Shown piece by piece: positions 39,925 to 53,100 of a DNA stretch of 64,000 bases. The DNA is from Lama guanicoe. Taxonomy: Eukaryota. The notes under the pieces are model-generated. The model was not told where the DNA came from and did not search any database. It worked only from the letters and a program-made list of their open reading frames with translations. A program made the translations under genes and the position numbers. Location: positions 2,046,001 through 2,110,000 of the forward strand of contig MU053758.1 of assembly GCA_013239625.1 (NCBI GenBank), given 5' to 3'. The first letter of the stretch is position 1; every line of letters begins with the position of its first letter.

Positions 39925-40690
39925 AAGACAAAAGGACAAACAACCCAATTTTTTAAATGGGCAAAAGAAAAACAAATGGTCAAAGGACATAAGTAGACAT
40001 TTCTCCAAAGAAGAAATACAAATGGCCAACAAGCACATGAAAAGATGCTCAACATCGTTAGTTACTAGGGAAACACAAAGCGAAACCACAATGAGATACC
40101 AGCTCATACCCACTTAGGATGCTATAATTTTTTATAAAAAAGGGTAAATAACAAGTGTTGGCAAGGATGTGGAGAAATAGGAACCCTCATACATTGCTGG
40201 TGGGAATGTAAAATGGTTCAGTCACTGTGGAAAACAGTTTGGCAGTTGCTCAAAGAATTAAATATAGAAGTACCCTATGACTCAGCAATGCCACTCCTAG
40301 ACATACCCCAAAGAGTTGCAAATAAGTACGCAAACACATAAAGGTATATATGTTCACAGCACCACTGTCCACGATAGCCAAAAGGAGGAAAGAGCCCAAA
40401 TGTCTATCAACAAATGAATAGATGGACTGTGGTATATCCATACAATAGGAAATATTATTCAGCCATAAAATGGATGAATTTTAAGATGTAGAGCACAGAT
40501 TGATGGTTACTAGGGACTGTAGGAGGGTAGAGGATGGGGAGCAACCACCTAAAGGGTCCAGGGTTTCCTTTTGGGGTGGTGACAATGTTTTGGAACTAGA
40601 TACAGGTGATGGTTGCACAACATTGTGGATGTATTAAATGCGCTTCACTTTAAATGGTTAATTTTTTGTTATGTGAATCTCATCTCAACA
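39925..40690 (+). mobile_element. Old L1 (L1M) ORF2 end / 3' UTR fragment
   Basis: AGACATTTCTCCAAAGAAGAAATACAAATGGCCAACAAGCACATGAAAAGATGCTCAACATC...GGTGGGAATGTAAAATGG. Confidence 0.85.
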
Positions 40691-40794
40691 AGAAAGAAAG
40701 AAAACCATCCAATCAACCAATCAGCCTGCGGGAGGAACAGAAAAAAGGGTCAACAAGGGGGACCTGCGTGGGAGCTGGACAGCCTGGGGCTGAG

Positions 40795-40813
40795 CAGCCA
40801 GCAGAGGGCGCTG
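40795..40813 (+). promoter_or_regulatory. Candidate CTCF site
   Basis: CAGCCAGCAGAGGGCGCTG matches the CCASYAGRKGGCRS core. Confidence 0.6.
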
Positions 40814-43569
40814 TGGCGCCCTTACCGCGCCGGGGAGGGGAGACAGCGGGGACTGAGAACCTGTCACTTGCCTGGCGTTTTGCTCTTTAGTCTCAACCCT
40901 GGAAGATCAGTACCCATCCCCCTATTTGGGAAATTTGAAGCTAGTGGGGCTTGAAACGCCAAGTTCAACAGCTGAAGTTTTAAGTGTCCAGCCCAAGGTC
41001 AGCAGCTGGTACATGCCAGACCTGGGGCCAGGACTGCCAGCCTCTTTCCATAGGGCTGAAGACCAGACGCCAGCACTCCACCTCCCACCTCCCTGGACAC
41101 TCATTCCACTCACAAAATCTCTTATCTTCCATCTCTTCAAAATTCAGCTCACGACTTCCCCTCCACCTGCTTCACCCTCCACTCCCAGAAGTCTTCCCCA
41201 CCAGCCTCCTCACCTCATCCCTTCCCCTGAGTGCACTGGCATGGCGGGCTGCTTCCACGAGCCCTGCTTGGATCTCTTCATGCATCCGTGCTATGAGTCT
41301 GTCTGTCCTGTCTCCCCTAGGCCCTTAGGTCTGGGAAGGGGGGCCTTCTCCAGATCTCCTTTTGGGAACTGCCTCCTTTGGGAGGGTGTAGAAACCAGGC
41401 AGTATTGCACACCCTTGTCTGTCTTGCTGCCCAGCTGTCTTGGATGACGTGGTTCCTGCCCCCCTGCAGGATCCCTCAGCATTCCTGAGCCTGCCACCAG
41501 GGTGGACAAGCTGGGAAGTTTTGCTGAGGCCAGAGAGGAGAGGAATTTGAGGAAGCTGGGCCAGGGGGAAGACCAGAGTAGAGGAGGCAAGTCAGAATTT
41601 TCTAGTATGGAGTGAATTTGTTCGATTACAAGTGAAACCTCCAAATCAGAATGCTCTTAAATTTGATTCCTCCCAAATGCTGGCCCATAGGTGAACCACC
41701 AAGAAAAACTTTAACTAGTATTTTGAAATCCTCGGGCCTGAAGACATCCCTCTTCAGCTTCTTGGAGAGTAAATTTTGTACTTTCCAGATTTCTGACTTA
41801 GCACTATGGTTTTCCCCAATCCCTCCCTCCCCTACAAAATTTCCAGTGTCCCCAGGGCCTCAGGATTGGTCTTGGTGGAAAAATCTCTTGGTGGAAAGCT
41901 TGAGTCCAGACAGGAATCCTATTTCTACTGGGATGTGATGGTAGACTGGGCGTGGGAATAAAATCCAAGGAAATGGCTCTGACCAGGGGCCTTGGAGCTG
42001 CCAGCTCACCCTGGGGGCACAGGCCAGACACCTCAAGTCCTCCAAAGCAAGAGGGTCTGAGTTGGAAGGAGTATTTTGGGGAGGTGGCCAGGCAGGTGGT
42101 TCTGGGCAGTGAGGGTGGGGAAGAGGTCTGGGTAGAAGGGACTAGGAAGAAGCGGTTGGGCCAGAGGGGCTGAGAAGGGGAGACAGTCGGAGGGGGCAGG
42201 GCCAGAGAAGGCCTGGGATGGGGCTGGGCAGAGGGCTGAGTTGAGGGAGCTGAGCCAGAGGGAATGAGCCAGAAGGGAAGCCAGGGCCAGGAGGTGGTAC
42301 TGAGGAGCAATGAAGAAGATGACGAGGCTCCAGAGTGGGTGTGTGTAGGGGAGGCAAAGGGGATGGCAGCCCACCTGCCAGGCCCTCAGCCCCTTGACAT
42401 GGCCCCAGAGTAGAGGGAACCAGAGCCTGGTTCCTGTTGGCACAGATTTGACTGTGATGGGGATAAACAGTGGTAATGTTTTCCTGTTGAGAGCTAACGA
42501 AACTTGCTGAAACAGACCAAATCAATCGTGCTGAAGCATCCCCTTCCTGTCACTTTCCTCTCGCTCAGCCCCCTGCCACCAAGATGGGGTTTCCTTTAGC
42601 CAAAGAGACCCCAGCTCTCAGAGACACTGACCAGAGACACAAGAGAAGCCCCTTCACTGGGCACCTGCAGGGGCCGAGGCAGCCCACTGCCCAGGTTAGG
42701 GTGAGCTCACAGCCAGTGGGTGTTGAGGTCTGGTTGTGCTGAAGGGCTCCTGCTCAGTGCAAGGCCTAATGGGTTCAAGGCTGGGTAGGGAGTGGAACAC
42801 AGGCGCCTCTGAGAATTCAGGCACAGGACACCCTACCCACCCCACCAGGCCCCAGTGTGTGCAGACACGATCCAGCGTGTGTAAGCACTGATGCTGTTAT
42901 GTGCGCTGGGTCCTAAGAGAGGACCACTAAGTCCAGAGACTCAGCCCTGGCACAACCTCTTCTCTTCAACAACTCTGTCTTTCAAAGCCTCTGGTGATGG
43001 GGAAATTCCAGCTCCCTTTATTTCTTCAGAGAGGGAGCTCCCACCATGCACCAGACATTGGTGACAAAGTGATAAAATGGTCTTGGGTCTCATGATGCCT
43101 CGGTTCCAGCGGAAGACAGGCGACAAAAACAAATAAATATATAATTCAGTGCAGGAAGGGATATGAGCTTTGGAGAAAAATAATCTATTCTCTGCCCCAG
43201 TCACAGCCCTGCAGCTATTAGAAAGCAGCCACGTCTAGAACCTTCTCTATACCAGGCTAAATATCCTAAACTTCTTCAACCCTTCTGGACTATTCTGGTT
43301 TCTAGACAGCCATCCAAAAAGGGGCATAGGCCCCTCAGCTGTGGTCAGGACCAGAAAAACCGGCAGGCTCCCCCCAAGAGCCCCAACCCTGGTCCCCGGG
43401 TTTTCTGTGGGTTTCCATGCACACAGCTGGCTTTCCCACCTCCGTCCTTGGCAGCCTCTCCACACTCCTGACTCATCCCAGCCCACAGGCATCGAGGAGC
43501 CCCAAGTCTTCCTTATGAACCACTGCTGAGCCACAACCACTGCTGAGCCACGTCTCTCCCACCTACTTT

Positions 43570-43701
43570 GGGGAGGGGAAGGTAATCAGATTTTTTTATT
43601 TACTTACTTTTTTTTTTTAAAGAGGAGATACTGGGGACTGAACCTAGGACCTCATACATGCTAAGCATGCGCTCTACCACTTGGAGCTATACCCTCCCCC
43701 C
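43570..43701 (-). mobile_element. Vic-1-like SINE
   Basis: Reverse-complement head and tail; flanked by TCTCCCACCTA TSD. Confidence 0.82.
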
Positions 43702-43905
43702 TTCTCCCACCTATTTTAAACCGAAGTGCCAGGATTTATGTTGATCTCTGTAGTTTCACCTGGCAGATGAGGTTGACTATCCTTCAGCCTGCCGAGGAGG
43801 CCTTCCTAATCTGACACCTGAACTCTTTTCCAGCTGAGAGAGAAATCTGATCTGGAAGTCTGAAGCTCTCCTGCCAGGGTGGCCTTACTCCATCAATGTG
43901 GACTC

Positions 43906-43993
43906 TTTTTTTTTTTTTTAATAGAGGCACTGGGGATTGAACCCAGGACCTCCTGCATGCCAGGCACACACTCTACCACTGAGCTATGCCCTC
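43906..43993 (-). mobile_element. Vic-1-like SINE (short)
   Basis: Poly-T then reverse-complement tRNA-Ala-like head. Confidence 0.8.
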
Positions 43994-45171
43994 CGCGCCA
44001 CATGGCCTCTTGTGTGGCTGCAGAGCGGGCGTAGAGCCCCTGGGATGGTAGGAGTAGTGTGGTCAAGCCTAAGAAAGCCTCACTGTCTGGTGATAGATTT
44101 GAAAGACCAATTTTTTTGTTTCCTTTTTTTTCCGTTTTTTTAGGTAAATGATTTTAAAACTGGCTTAAAATGTTACAGCTCAGAAGTTCCCATGTGGAGA
44201 TAACCAGCAGGATCCCATGGAGGAACTTGTAAAGAAACAAATCCCCAGGCCCTACCTCCAGTGTTTCTGAACCAGTCAGTCCAGGGTGGAGCTTGAGAAT
44301 GTGTGTTGTTTTTTAAGCTCTGAGGTTACTGAATCCACACTGGCTCTCGATGATCCCCACTGCCCTTTCTGAACACCCACGGGCAATTGCTTCCAGAAGT
44401 CCACATCTCTGTGGCTGTCTTCTGCAGGGTCCTCTCTGCAGGAACGGGGCTACGGCCCTCTGACCAGGGTGTCTGGCCCAAAGCAAATATCAGTTCTTTA
44501 ACTGATGGCTCAACAAAGCTGGGGGCTGGGGAAGGGGTGAGGCTCCAGGTGCTCCCTTACTTGGGGTACCTCTCTTGCTCTGGCCTTCCGTTCCATCATC
44601 CCCTAGGGCTCCTTGGTTCTGCAGGGTGGAGAAGCTAGGGCAGAATGGGCATTGAATGGGGCTGCGTTCTCTAAGGTTCCACCTCAGCGCCAGGATCAGT
44701 GTATAATATTTGAAGTGGCACCAATAAACTCAGTCATCAAGAGAATGTTTTAATGTCCTAGATTTTTAAATCAAAATGCACGCACAAAAATCCATGGCGA
44801 ACAAAATTTTAAATAAAGACAGGATCGGTAATGGTGCCAAGCCATGTCAGGGGCCTGAGGTAAAAGAAAAAATAAGTCACAGAAATGATGCAGAAAGAGA
44901 GTTCAGAGCCTGTATCACCCTGCTCCCTCCCTGCCAGGCTGCAGGCTGACCCTGGTCCCTCTCCCACCCACATTGCTACAGCTCTTGTCCAGAAGTCCCT
45001 CCTGCAGAAGCAGTCACAGCTCTTGCTGGTTTGGGTAACACCCTCCCTGCCGGCTCAGGCTCACCTGTAGAGGTCTGAGCTGCTCCATGCTGCAGCTTTT
45101 CTTAAAGTGCTTCCCCTTCCCCACCCTGCCTACTCCTGTCCTTCCCATATATAATGTCCCTGCATTAAACT

Positions 45172-45254
45172 CAGAAAGGAAGAAAGGGAGAAAGGGAGGA
45201 AGGAAGGAAGGAAGGAAGAGAGAGCGAGAGGGAGAGAGAGAGAGAGAGAGAGAG

Positions 45255-45301
<47 letters not shown>

Positions 45302-45400
45302 GAAAGAGAGAAGAGAGAGAGAAAGAGAGAGAGAAGGAGAGAAAGAAAGAAAGAAAAGAAAGAGAGGAAGGAAGGAAGAAAGAATGAGAAAGAAAGAAAT
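45172..45400 (+). repeat. Compound (GGAA)n/(GA)n/(GAAA)n purine-rich microsatellite
   Basis: Visible directly; ~230 nt of almost pure purine. Confidence 0.95.
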
Positions 45401-46309
45401 GATGCAGGAAAAAATATTAAAAATTCTAAAAATATCCTTAGAGAGAGATGATATTACATCCATGACACAAGAATAATAGGAGAATTTTTAAGAAAATACA
45501 TAATCAGGAGACAATAAATAGCTCTTGGAAATGAAAAAATGATAGAAAAAAATTAGTAACGTTAAGAAAATAAGGTTGAGAACATCTCCCAGAAACTGGA
45601 CCAACAGCAACATGCAAATTAACAAGTAGACGACAGAAAATGCAAAGGGCGGGCAACAGAAGAGAGGGGAACGTTGGGGATCAATCCCTGAGGTGGACAT
45701 TTAATCAAGGGGTCTTGTAGAAAGAAGAGACTGTGTAGAGAGAAGATGATCAAAACAATAAAACAAGATTTTCCAGAACTGGTGAATATGTCTCTGGGTT
45801 GAAACAGTCCATCAAGTGTCCAGCGCAGCGAGAAGGAGCCAGAACAGGCACAATGCAGCACCCTCAGCATGCTGGGGTTAAGGGAACACACTGAAAAGCT
45901 TCCGGGGGCAGGGGGAAAGCAGGTGTCAACAAAGATCGAGCATAAGCATGACATCAAACCTCTCAATGGTGACGTCAGAAGCCAGAGACTGTGTGAGATG
46001 CCTGCAAACTTGTGAAGGAAAACTTTTTAATCTAGAATTCTCCATTCAGCCAAACCATCAATCAAGTGTGAGGATAGCATAAAGGCATTTTCAGTGCAAG
46101 TTCTTAAAAGAATTTTTCTTCTTCTGTAACTTTTCTCAGGAAGCTAAACAAACAAGAGGGTGAAGTGGGAAAGAGAAGACACAGGGTCAGAGAACAGAGT
46201 GCCCAACAAGGAGAGACAAGGGGGTTCCCAGGCGGAGAAGGAGGTCCCAGGATGGCTGTGGGCAGGTGGGCGAGCATCTGGTCCTGGTTGGAGCAGGAGG
46301 ATGGGAGAC

Positions 46310-46462
46310 AGGTTTCGAGTACAGCTCAGTGGTAGAGCACATGCTTAGCAGGCAGGAGGTCCTGGGCTCAATCCTCAGTACCTCCACTTAAAAAACAAAG
46401 AAATCTAATTACCCCCTCCAACAAAAATTAATTTAAAATAATAAAATGAACTTTTTTAAAAA
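46310..46462 (+). mobile_element. Vic-1-like SINE
   Basis: AGCTCAGTGGTAGAGCACATGCTTAGCA head, CTAATTACC tail, GACAGGTTT flanking repeats. Confidence 0.8.
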
Positions 46463-46529
46463 ACTGACAGGTTTGACCACACCAAAAATTATGTTCGAGG
46501 CCAATGGATATATAAGAATATAGGGACAA

Positions 46530-46790
46530 ATTAGCAGTCTGGAATTAGCAGATACAAACTACTACATATAAAATAGATAAACAACAAGGTCCTACACTAT
46601 AGCACAGGGAACTACATTCAAGAGCTTGTAATAATGTATAATGGAAAAGAATATGAAAAAGAATATATATGTATAACTGACTCACTGTGCTGTACACCAG
46701 AAACTAACACAACATTATAAATCAACTACACTTCAATTGAAAATAAATAAGAAGAAAAAAACTAAAATAAACAAATAATTTTTTAAAAGA
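46530..46790 (+). mobile_element. L1 3' end fragment
   Basis: GGAATTAGCAGATACAAACTACTACATATAAAATAGATAAACAACAAGGTCCTAC...TCAACTACACTTCAAT plus A tail. Confidence 0.85.
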
Positions 46791-48118
46791 ATATATAGCC
46801 ATGGTAAGTACAGAAAACTAAGCAAGGGGTGGGGGGACAGGAAAAACAAAAATGATGCAAGAAAGTAAACAATGATGCTATTTTGATTGGATTAGTGGTG
46901 AATAATATTTACATGATTGTAAAGATTAAAAAGCAGAGCATATGGATTTAACAATAATATTAAGAATGCTAAATGATGCTTATGGGCGTATATAAAAGGC
47001 ACATATTCATCTACACAACAGGCAATCAACAGATAATGTCTAAACAGATTTTTTTTAAGAGGCAGCAGTGTAAGCAAATTACTTAGGAATGTGGAGGTAC
47101 CGCCAGGACAAAGGCCCAATGTGGCGCCTTGGGGCGGGGGGCAGGTCTGGTGGTGGGGGGCTGACTGCTGTGTTTTGTTTTCCGATTTTAGCACTATTTG
47201 ACCTTTTGACTCTCTGCATGCACTTCTTTGATTTAAAAATTATTTATTAAAACATAAAGTAAAGAAACGCCAAGAAGCACAACCTCTTGTTGCTTCTCTT
47301 TTCACAGTTTTTCTGCATCCTGAGAATCCACCCACTTCACACACAGGCGCCTACACACACGGCCACGGGCCCACTCACACAGTCACACACACACACACTC
47401 ATCCCAGACACTCAGAAGCAGCCCACAATGACAGGCACACAGGCCAATGTAGTTAATATACAATGACCCTCAGACACCTGATTACAGGTGCTCCCACAGA
47501 CACACAGAGGCCCCCATCAGCCTCCCAGGTGGCTGGCTGGAGGGCGGGGCCGGCACCGCCAGGTCACCACTTCCTCCCACTTCCTCCCTGCGTGGCCACC
47601 CCCAGAGCTGCCCCAGGCAGAGGAGGTTTTCTCCCAGAGAATCACCCTAATTGCCTCCCTACTCAGAGTGCCCTGCCCTGAGCAGCTAGAGCTACTGTGC
47701 CATCAGCCCTTTGGGGACACATTGTCTATAGATGGTGCAGAAATGAGGTAGGGGAGGGGTGGAGTTGGCAGCTGGGTGTGACTAATAACACCACCTTCAT
47801 TCAGGTTTTAGTGGAGGCCCTAAGAAGTGCAAGAGTCCTGTGTCAGGAACCCTGTGGTCATGCTGTGCATCCTTGAGCAAGTCACTTCACCTCTCTGGGT
47901 CCACAAGGAAGTAGGCAGCCTGTGAAGCTCTGAGATGCTGAAATTTTATGACCCAGGCTGGGCCCCACTTTCACCCCTCCCCTGGGATCCCTCTCTTCAT
48001 GCTGATCTCCAGAGCCAGCCCCCAGTGGATACACTTGTGTCTCTGATAAGTGTACCCAGGGCACCTGGGGAGCCCCCACCGCCACTTTCCTCCCCCTCGA
48101 CGTTCCTCCAGCACTCAC

Positions 48119-48297
48119 CACCACCCTGGTCCCGTTATCCGGCAGTGTGTCAATGGCCAGGGTGCCCCCACCCAGGTCCTGGCTCAGCTGAGTTCTGTTC
48201 GGCTCCAACACCTGCCCAGGGCTCTCTCGGGCTCTCCGATTCCAGCCCTGCGTGGTCCCCTTGGCGGCCCATCCAGAGCCTCGGCCTGCATCCTGAC
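48119..48297 (-). CDS. PLXDC1: PLXDC1 exon 2
   Basis: (G)[62 protein letters not shown] acceptor, GTGAGT donor; 179 nt. Confidence 0.95.
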
Positions 48298-48629
48298 CTG
48301 GGAGAAGGGGACAGAAAGCTGAAGCCTGGCAGTCAGAGTGAAGGTCCAGAAGGGGGACCAGCCCTCTTACTCTGCAGAAGCCCTGACCCCAAGCCATCAT
48401 TGACTTTGGAGACACTGGCTCCCAGGGCAGGAGATACCCAGCATGCACTGAACTCCACTCCACGTGCTTTGTACACACACCTTTAGTCCTCACTCCAGCC
48501 CTTCACAGTAGATATGATACTCTCTGTTTTGCAAGCAGGAATCAGCAGCTCATAGAGGTTAAAGAAGATCACACAGTGGGTTAGGGATGGAGATAAGTTT
48601 CAAACCCAGGCTGATCTGCCCCCTAAGGG

Positions 48630-48795
48630 GTGATTCTTCTCAACCTCAGCTGCACACTGGAATCATCTGGGGAGCTTTAAAAATTCCTGATGTCTGGGTT
48701 CCAACCCAGAGATTCTGACATAATTGACCTGTGATGTGGCCTGTGCATTAGGATTCTTAAATGATCCCCAGGGGAGCGTTTGAGAAACTCTGGAC
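48630..48795. mobile_element. MER5-type hAT-Charlie element
   Basis: TTCTCAACCTCAGCTGCACACTGGAATCATCTGGGGAGCTTTAAAAATTCCTGATG...TTTGAGAA; similar copies near 12230-12380, 38035-38200, 57575-57910. Confidence 0.7.
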
Positions 48796-48935
48796 CTAAC
48801 AAGGGCAGACAAGGGTGAGAACAACTGCTCTGGGACATTCCAAACCAGCTCCCTACTTCTCTGCTAGAAATGGCACATAATCTCACCTTCCAGGGGACTC
48901 TATGGACGAGAAGCCAGAGAGCAGATTTCTTTCAG

Positions 48936-49120
48936 TTCAGGGCTTCTCAACCTTGGTACTACTGACATTTTGGACTGGGTAATTCTATGTTGTGGGGGGC
49001 TGTTCTGTGCATCACAGGATTTTTAAGCAGCATCCTGGCCTCTACCCACTAGATGGCCAGTAGCACCTCCTTCATCAGGTTGTGACAGTTGAAGATCTCT
49101 CCACAGTGGGGACCACTGTT
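48936..49120 (+). mobile_element. MER20 DNA transposon
   Basis: TTCTCAACCTTGGTACTACTGACATTTTGGACTGGGTAATTCT...CCTGGCCTCTACCCACTAGATG. Confidence 0.75.
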
Positions 49121-49275
49121 TAGTCTTATCACTACCTTCAAACACCTTGGGCAAGTTACTTTTCCCATAAAACAAGGAGTTTAGACACCATCAAGGGTGG
49201 CAAATAGGTTTCATCTCAAAAACCATCTCCAATCGATTAGTGACAGCCAAGAGGGCTCTAATTAAGAATTCTAGT

Positions 49276-49361
49276 GGGGAGGGAAATAGCTCCATGGAAG
49301 AGTGCATGCTTAGCATGCATGAGGTCCTAGGTTCAATCCCCAGTACCTCCATTAAAAAAAA
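49276..49361 (+). mobile_element. Vic-1-like SINE (short)
   Basis: GGGGAGGGAAATAGCTC...GGTTCAATCCCCAGTACCTCCATTAAAA. Confidence 0.8.
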
Positions 49362-52300
49362 CAATTCTGAGAAAAGGTTGTCAGATAAATTAACAATGCC
49401 TGGGGGAGATCAGTTAGCAATGTCTGTCCCAGCACAGGATGGGAGAGTGTTCCTCACTTAGATGGCCTCTCCAGTTCCCTGTAGGTTGTCAAAGTTTTTT
49501 CTAAATGACACAGAAACCATGCTTTTCCGTTTCAGAAAGATTTATTCCCCCAAAGATAAGTCTTACACCGTCTCTCCAGTTGCCACACCTGCTATGGACG
49601 TGTATGTGGGACACAGATCACCAGATGGGTGGATCTGATAGTCCCTGTGATCTTCATTCATTTCAGGCCTGCTCTGCGTCAGATGCCCTTTTCCACCTCT
49701 GCCTGCCCCACCCACTCCCCAGAGCTCCTGGCTGTAGCCCTCTCTCCTAGAGCATCCGCTAGCAATCTAAGTATATGTCCATCTCCCTGGTAGACTTGAG
49801 ATCCCCCAGGACTCTCCCACCTTCTGCAGATGTGTATCCTCGGGCCCTGGCAAACAGTAGGTGCTCAATCACTGCATAATTGAGACCACGATACTGGAGG
49901 TAACTTGGGAGCCAGCAAGGATAGAGGCTGAGACAAGCCTTGGCCAGGACCAGGCCTGGGGCTGAGGCCAGGACTCCTTGCTGTGGGGCTCTGGTTTGTC
50001 ATTAGACATTTTATCCAATTAAGTCATTCTTGGCTGCTGGTGGCTGCTGGACCCTTGCCGGCCCCCCTTTTCACTTCTCTGCCCCTAATCGCAACCAGAT
50101 GCTCTGGAGAAGATGAGGAGACGGTGGTCTCCCGACCCCTTCCCCAAGATGCCCACTGGCTGAGATGGACCTGAGCCTGGTGCTGGGAAGGCAGCCTGCC
50201 CGTGGCCCAGATCCCAAGCCAGGGCTATCTTGCCTATCTCGGGTGAGGCCTATAGCTGCCTCTGGAGACAGAACTGTTTGTGCTGGGCTTGTCTCCCCAG
50301 CTCCCTGGGTCCTCCTGCAAGCAGCCCTCAGGCCTGGGCAGAAGCCAGAACAGGAAAGGAGTGTGTGCAGAGCAAGTGGAGGAACTCAGCTGGCCCGGAA
50401 AGGGATGCTGGGGATTTACAGGCATCACCGTCCTGCAACGGAGACGGGAGGGTGCCTGGATGGAACAGGTCCCAGCCAGAGATGAGATCAGGGAAGGCAC
50501 ACCTGCCACCCACAAGCTGTGTGACCTTGGACCCATGAGTTTACCTCACTAAGCCTCAGTTTCCTCATCACTAGAATGGGGGTGACAATCATGCCAATGG
50601 CACAGGCCACCCTGAGCATCAGGTAAAAAACCTACACAAAAGAGTTTTATAAATAGGGAAGCTCTGGGCCAGGAGCAGAGGCAAAGAGTTTAGGAAAGAG
50701 AGAGGGGCAAGGGACAGAGAGGGAGGTCACCAAGGACCCTGCCCTACCCCAGCCTAACCCCGAATCTTGCCCGCCCCACTCACACCACATCTGTCTCCCT
50801 GATGCCCCGCCCACTCCCAGTTGGCTGGGACTGGACATCACCCCCGCAGCCTGCAGAAGCAGCCAACACAGCTGGTTGCTCACGTGCATGTGTAGGGACC
50901 CATGTGCACACACACAGCTTGTCCTGGAGGCCTGGGCCCTCCTCCTGTGGGCTCACACACGTTACACACACGTTACCTATCCAACCTGAGGCCACCCCCT
51001 GCTCGACCCTCTGCCTTGCATTAGAGAGTTCCCTCTTGCCATGCCTCTGCATGTGGGTGCACCTGCCTGTGAGTGATGGCAAGCAGCTTCCAGAATACAT
51101 GCAATTCATATATTCATCCACTCAACCGCCCGTGGCCCCAAGTAGCATGCAGTCTGGTGGGACGTCAGGATAGTCAGAATAATAATAAAAATAATAGCTA
51201 ACTTTTAGAGAATGCTGACTCTGTGCTGGCAGTATTCCAAGTGCCCTAAAGTCATTAACTCACTTAATTCCCACAATCACCCCATGAAAGAGGTGCTAGT
51301 TTTTAGACGTGTTATCAACAGGGCAGCTGAGGCACAAGGACATTAAGGAATCTCCCCCAGGTCATACAACGAGTCCATGACAGAATGTGCACTCAGGCAG
51401 GCTGGCTTCAGGCTCTGCTCAGACCACAGAAAGTACAAGCAGAGGAGACGGGCAAAGGCAGGCTGTTCCCTGAGGTGCAGCGGCAGCCCCAGGGCCGGAT
51501 GTTTGAAGCTGCCCTGGCAGACTGTACCCCGCCCCGGGATGCGAGGGGATGGCCCAGTGGTAGTGCCCCAACCCTCTTCACGTGCCACTGTCTGATCCAG
51601 GGCAAAAAGCAACGGGCTGACATAGGAGGCCTGGTCATGCCACCTCCGTGCCTGGGCCAAGCCACCTTCATCCTACCCATCACCTGAGTTTGCCAGTCCA
51701 GCCCCGTGGCCATGGCTCAGTCCCGGCCACCACTGCCTCTTTCCTGATGGCTACTTCAGCTTCCACCCTTAATGCCCTTGGGCTAGTCTCCCACATGCCT
51801 GCCAGAGCATTTTGTCCAGAGGACAAACTTCATTTTATCTCCCTCATGCTTCCCTCTCACCATGACTCCTGGGCTAAAAGCCCAGCTCCTCCATTCAGCA
51901 CCTGAGGCCTTTTGTGACCAGATCCCTGCTGGCTTCTCCAGCCTCCTGTCTCCCTAAAGCTGTCTCCAGGACCATAAATAAATCGCTCTCCTGATGAACT
52001 CCTGTGCATCCTTCAAGTCACATAAGATGTCACTTCTTCCCAGAGTCTCCTCTGACATTCTCCCCTGCCCCCTAAATGCTACCTGCGCAGTCTCAGCCCT
52101 GATGCCAACACAGCAATGCACCCTGTGCAACCACAGGCTCAGATGCCTGATGCAGAGCAAATGCTCATCAAGCAGATGGAAGGACAGAAGGCAGGCACCT
52201 TTAAATGTCTTGAGTATCTGAGACCCACAGGCCTGAGAAGATCCTTCCCTTGGGGCACAGCCTCACCAGAAACCCTCACTGAAGTGTCACACAATAAAAG

Positions 52301-52784
52301 CGCAGATTTGAAATCAGACAAGCTCGTTAATGAACCCTGAATTGACTGCTTACTGACTACAACGTTAGATAAATTGCATAGTCTCGCTAAGCCTCAGTTT
52401 CCCCATCTGTAAAATGGGAATAATAAAACCTACACTTGGCAAGTCAGTTTGAGCATTTAACAAAATAATGTGCACAAACACACCCAGCAAAGCATACCTG
52501 CCTTCCAGGGGTTTCACAAGAGGACTGACTTTCTGAGCGGCCCGGGGAGGGCTCCAGACTCTAAGCTGAAATCCTGCTTCTCAGTTACAAAGCCCCCCAG
52601 CTGTACCCTCTCCCCTCCTGCTGGCAGGCAGGAGCCCACTGAGGACCCTGATCTGGGGAGAGGGAGGGAGGCATGAGGAAGGGACAGGGAGGGATGGCCG
52701 GTAGCTCAAAAGAAAAGTGGAGCCAAAAGGAGAAAAGAAGAATTTGAGTTTCTTTCAAAGGGACAGTCTGGGGTCTGTGATCCC

Positions 52785-53100
52785 CTCTGATTCATTCACT
52801 CATTTAATGCACGTTTATTGAGACCCTGCTGTGTGCCAGGCACAGTGCTGGGCAGCAGCAGTGAACAGGCAGACACAACCCCTGTGCCTATGAAGAGTCT
52901 AGTTGGGAAAGACACACACTAAACAAATGACGTGGCAGATCAGACCAGTGAGACAGGCTATGAAGGAAACACACGGAGGAAAGGGGTGGGGTGGTTGCTA
53001 CACTGGACAGAACCATCAGGGTGAGCCTCTCTGAGAGGTGGGCCTTGAGCTGACTAAGACCTGGATGAAGAGAACTTATTTCCCCGAAGATCCGAGGTGG
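52785..53100 (-). mobile_element. L2 LINE 3' remnant
   Basis: TTCATTCACTCATTTAATGCACGTTTATTGAGACCCTGCTGTGTGCCAGGCACAGTGCTGGG. Confidence 0.7.

Noticed and set aside
45014..45476. K/E/R-rich and F/L/S-rich ORFs
   Set aside because: Translations of the purine microsatellite
43570..46462. Oppositely oriented Vic-1-like SINEs as a second long duplex
   Set aside because: Short (~100 nt), diverged and flanking no exon; ordinary inverted-SINE background
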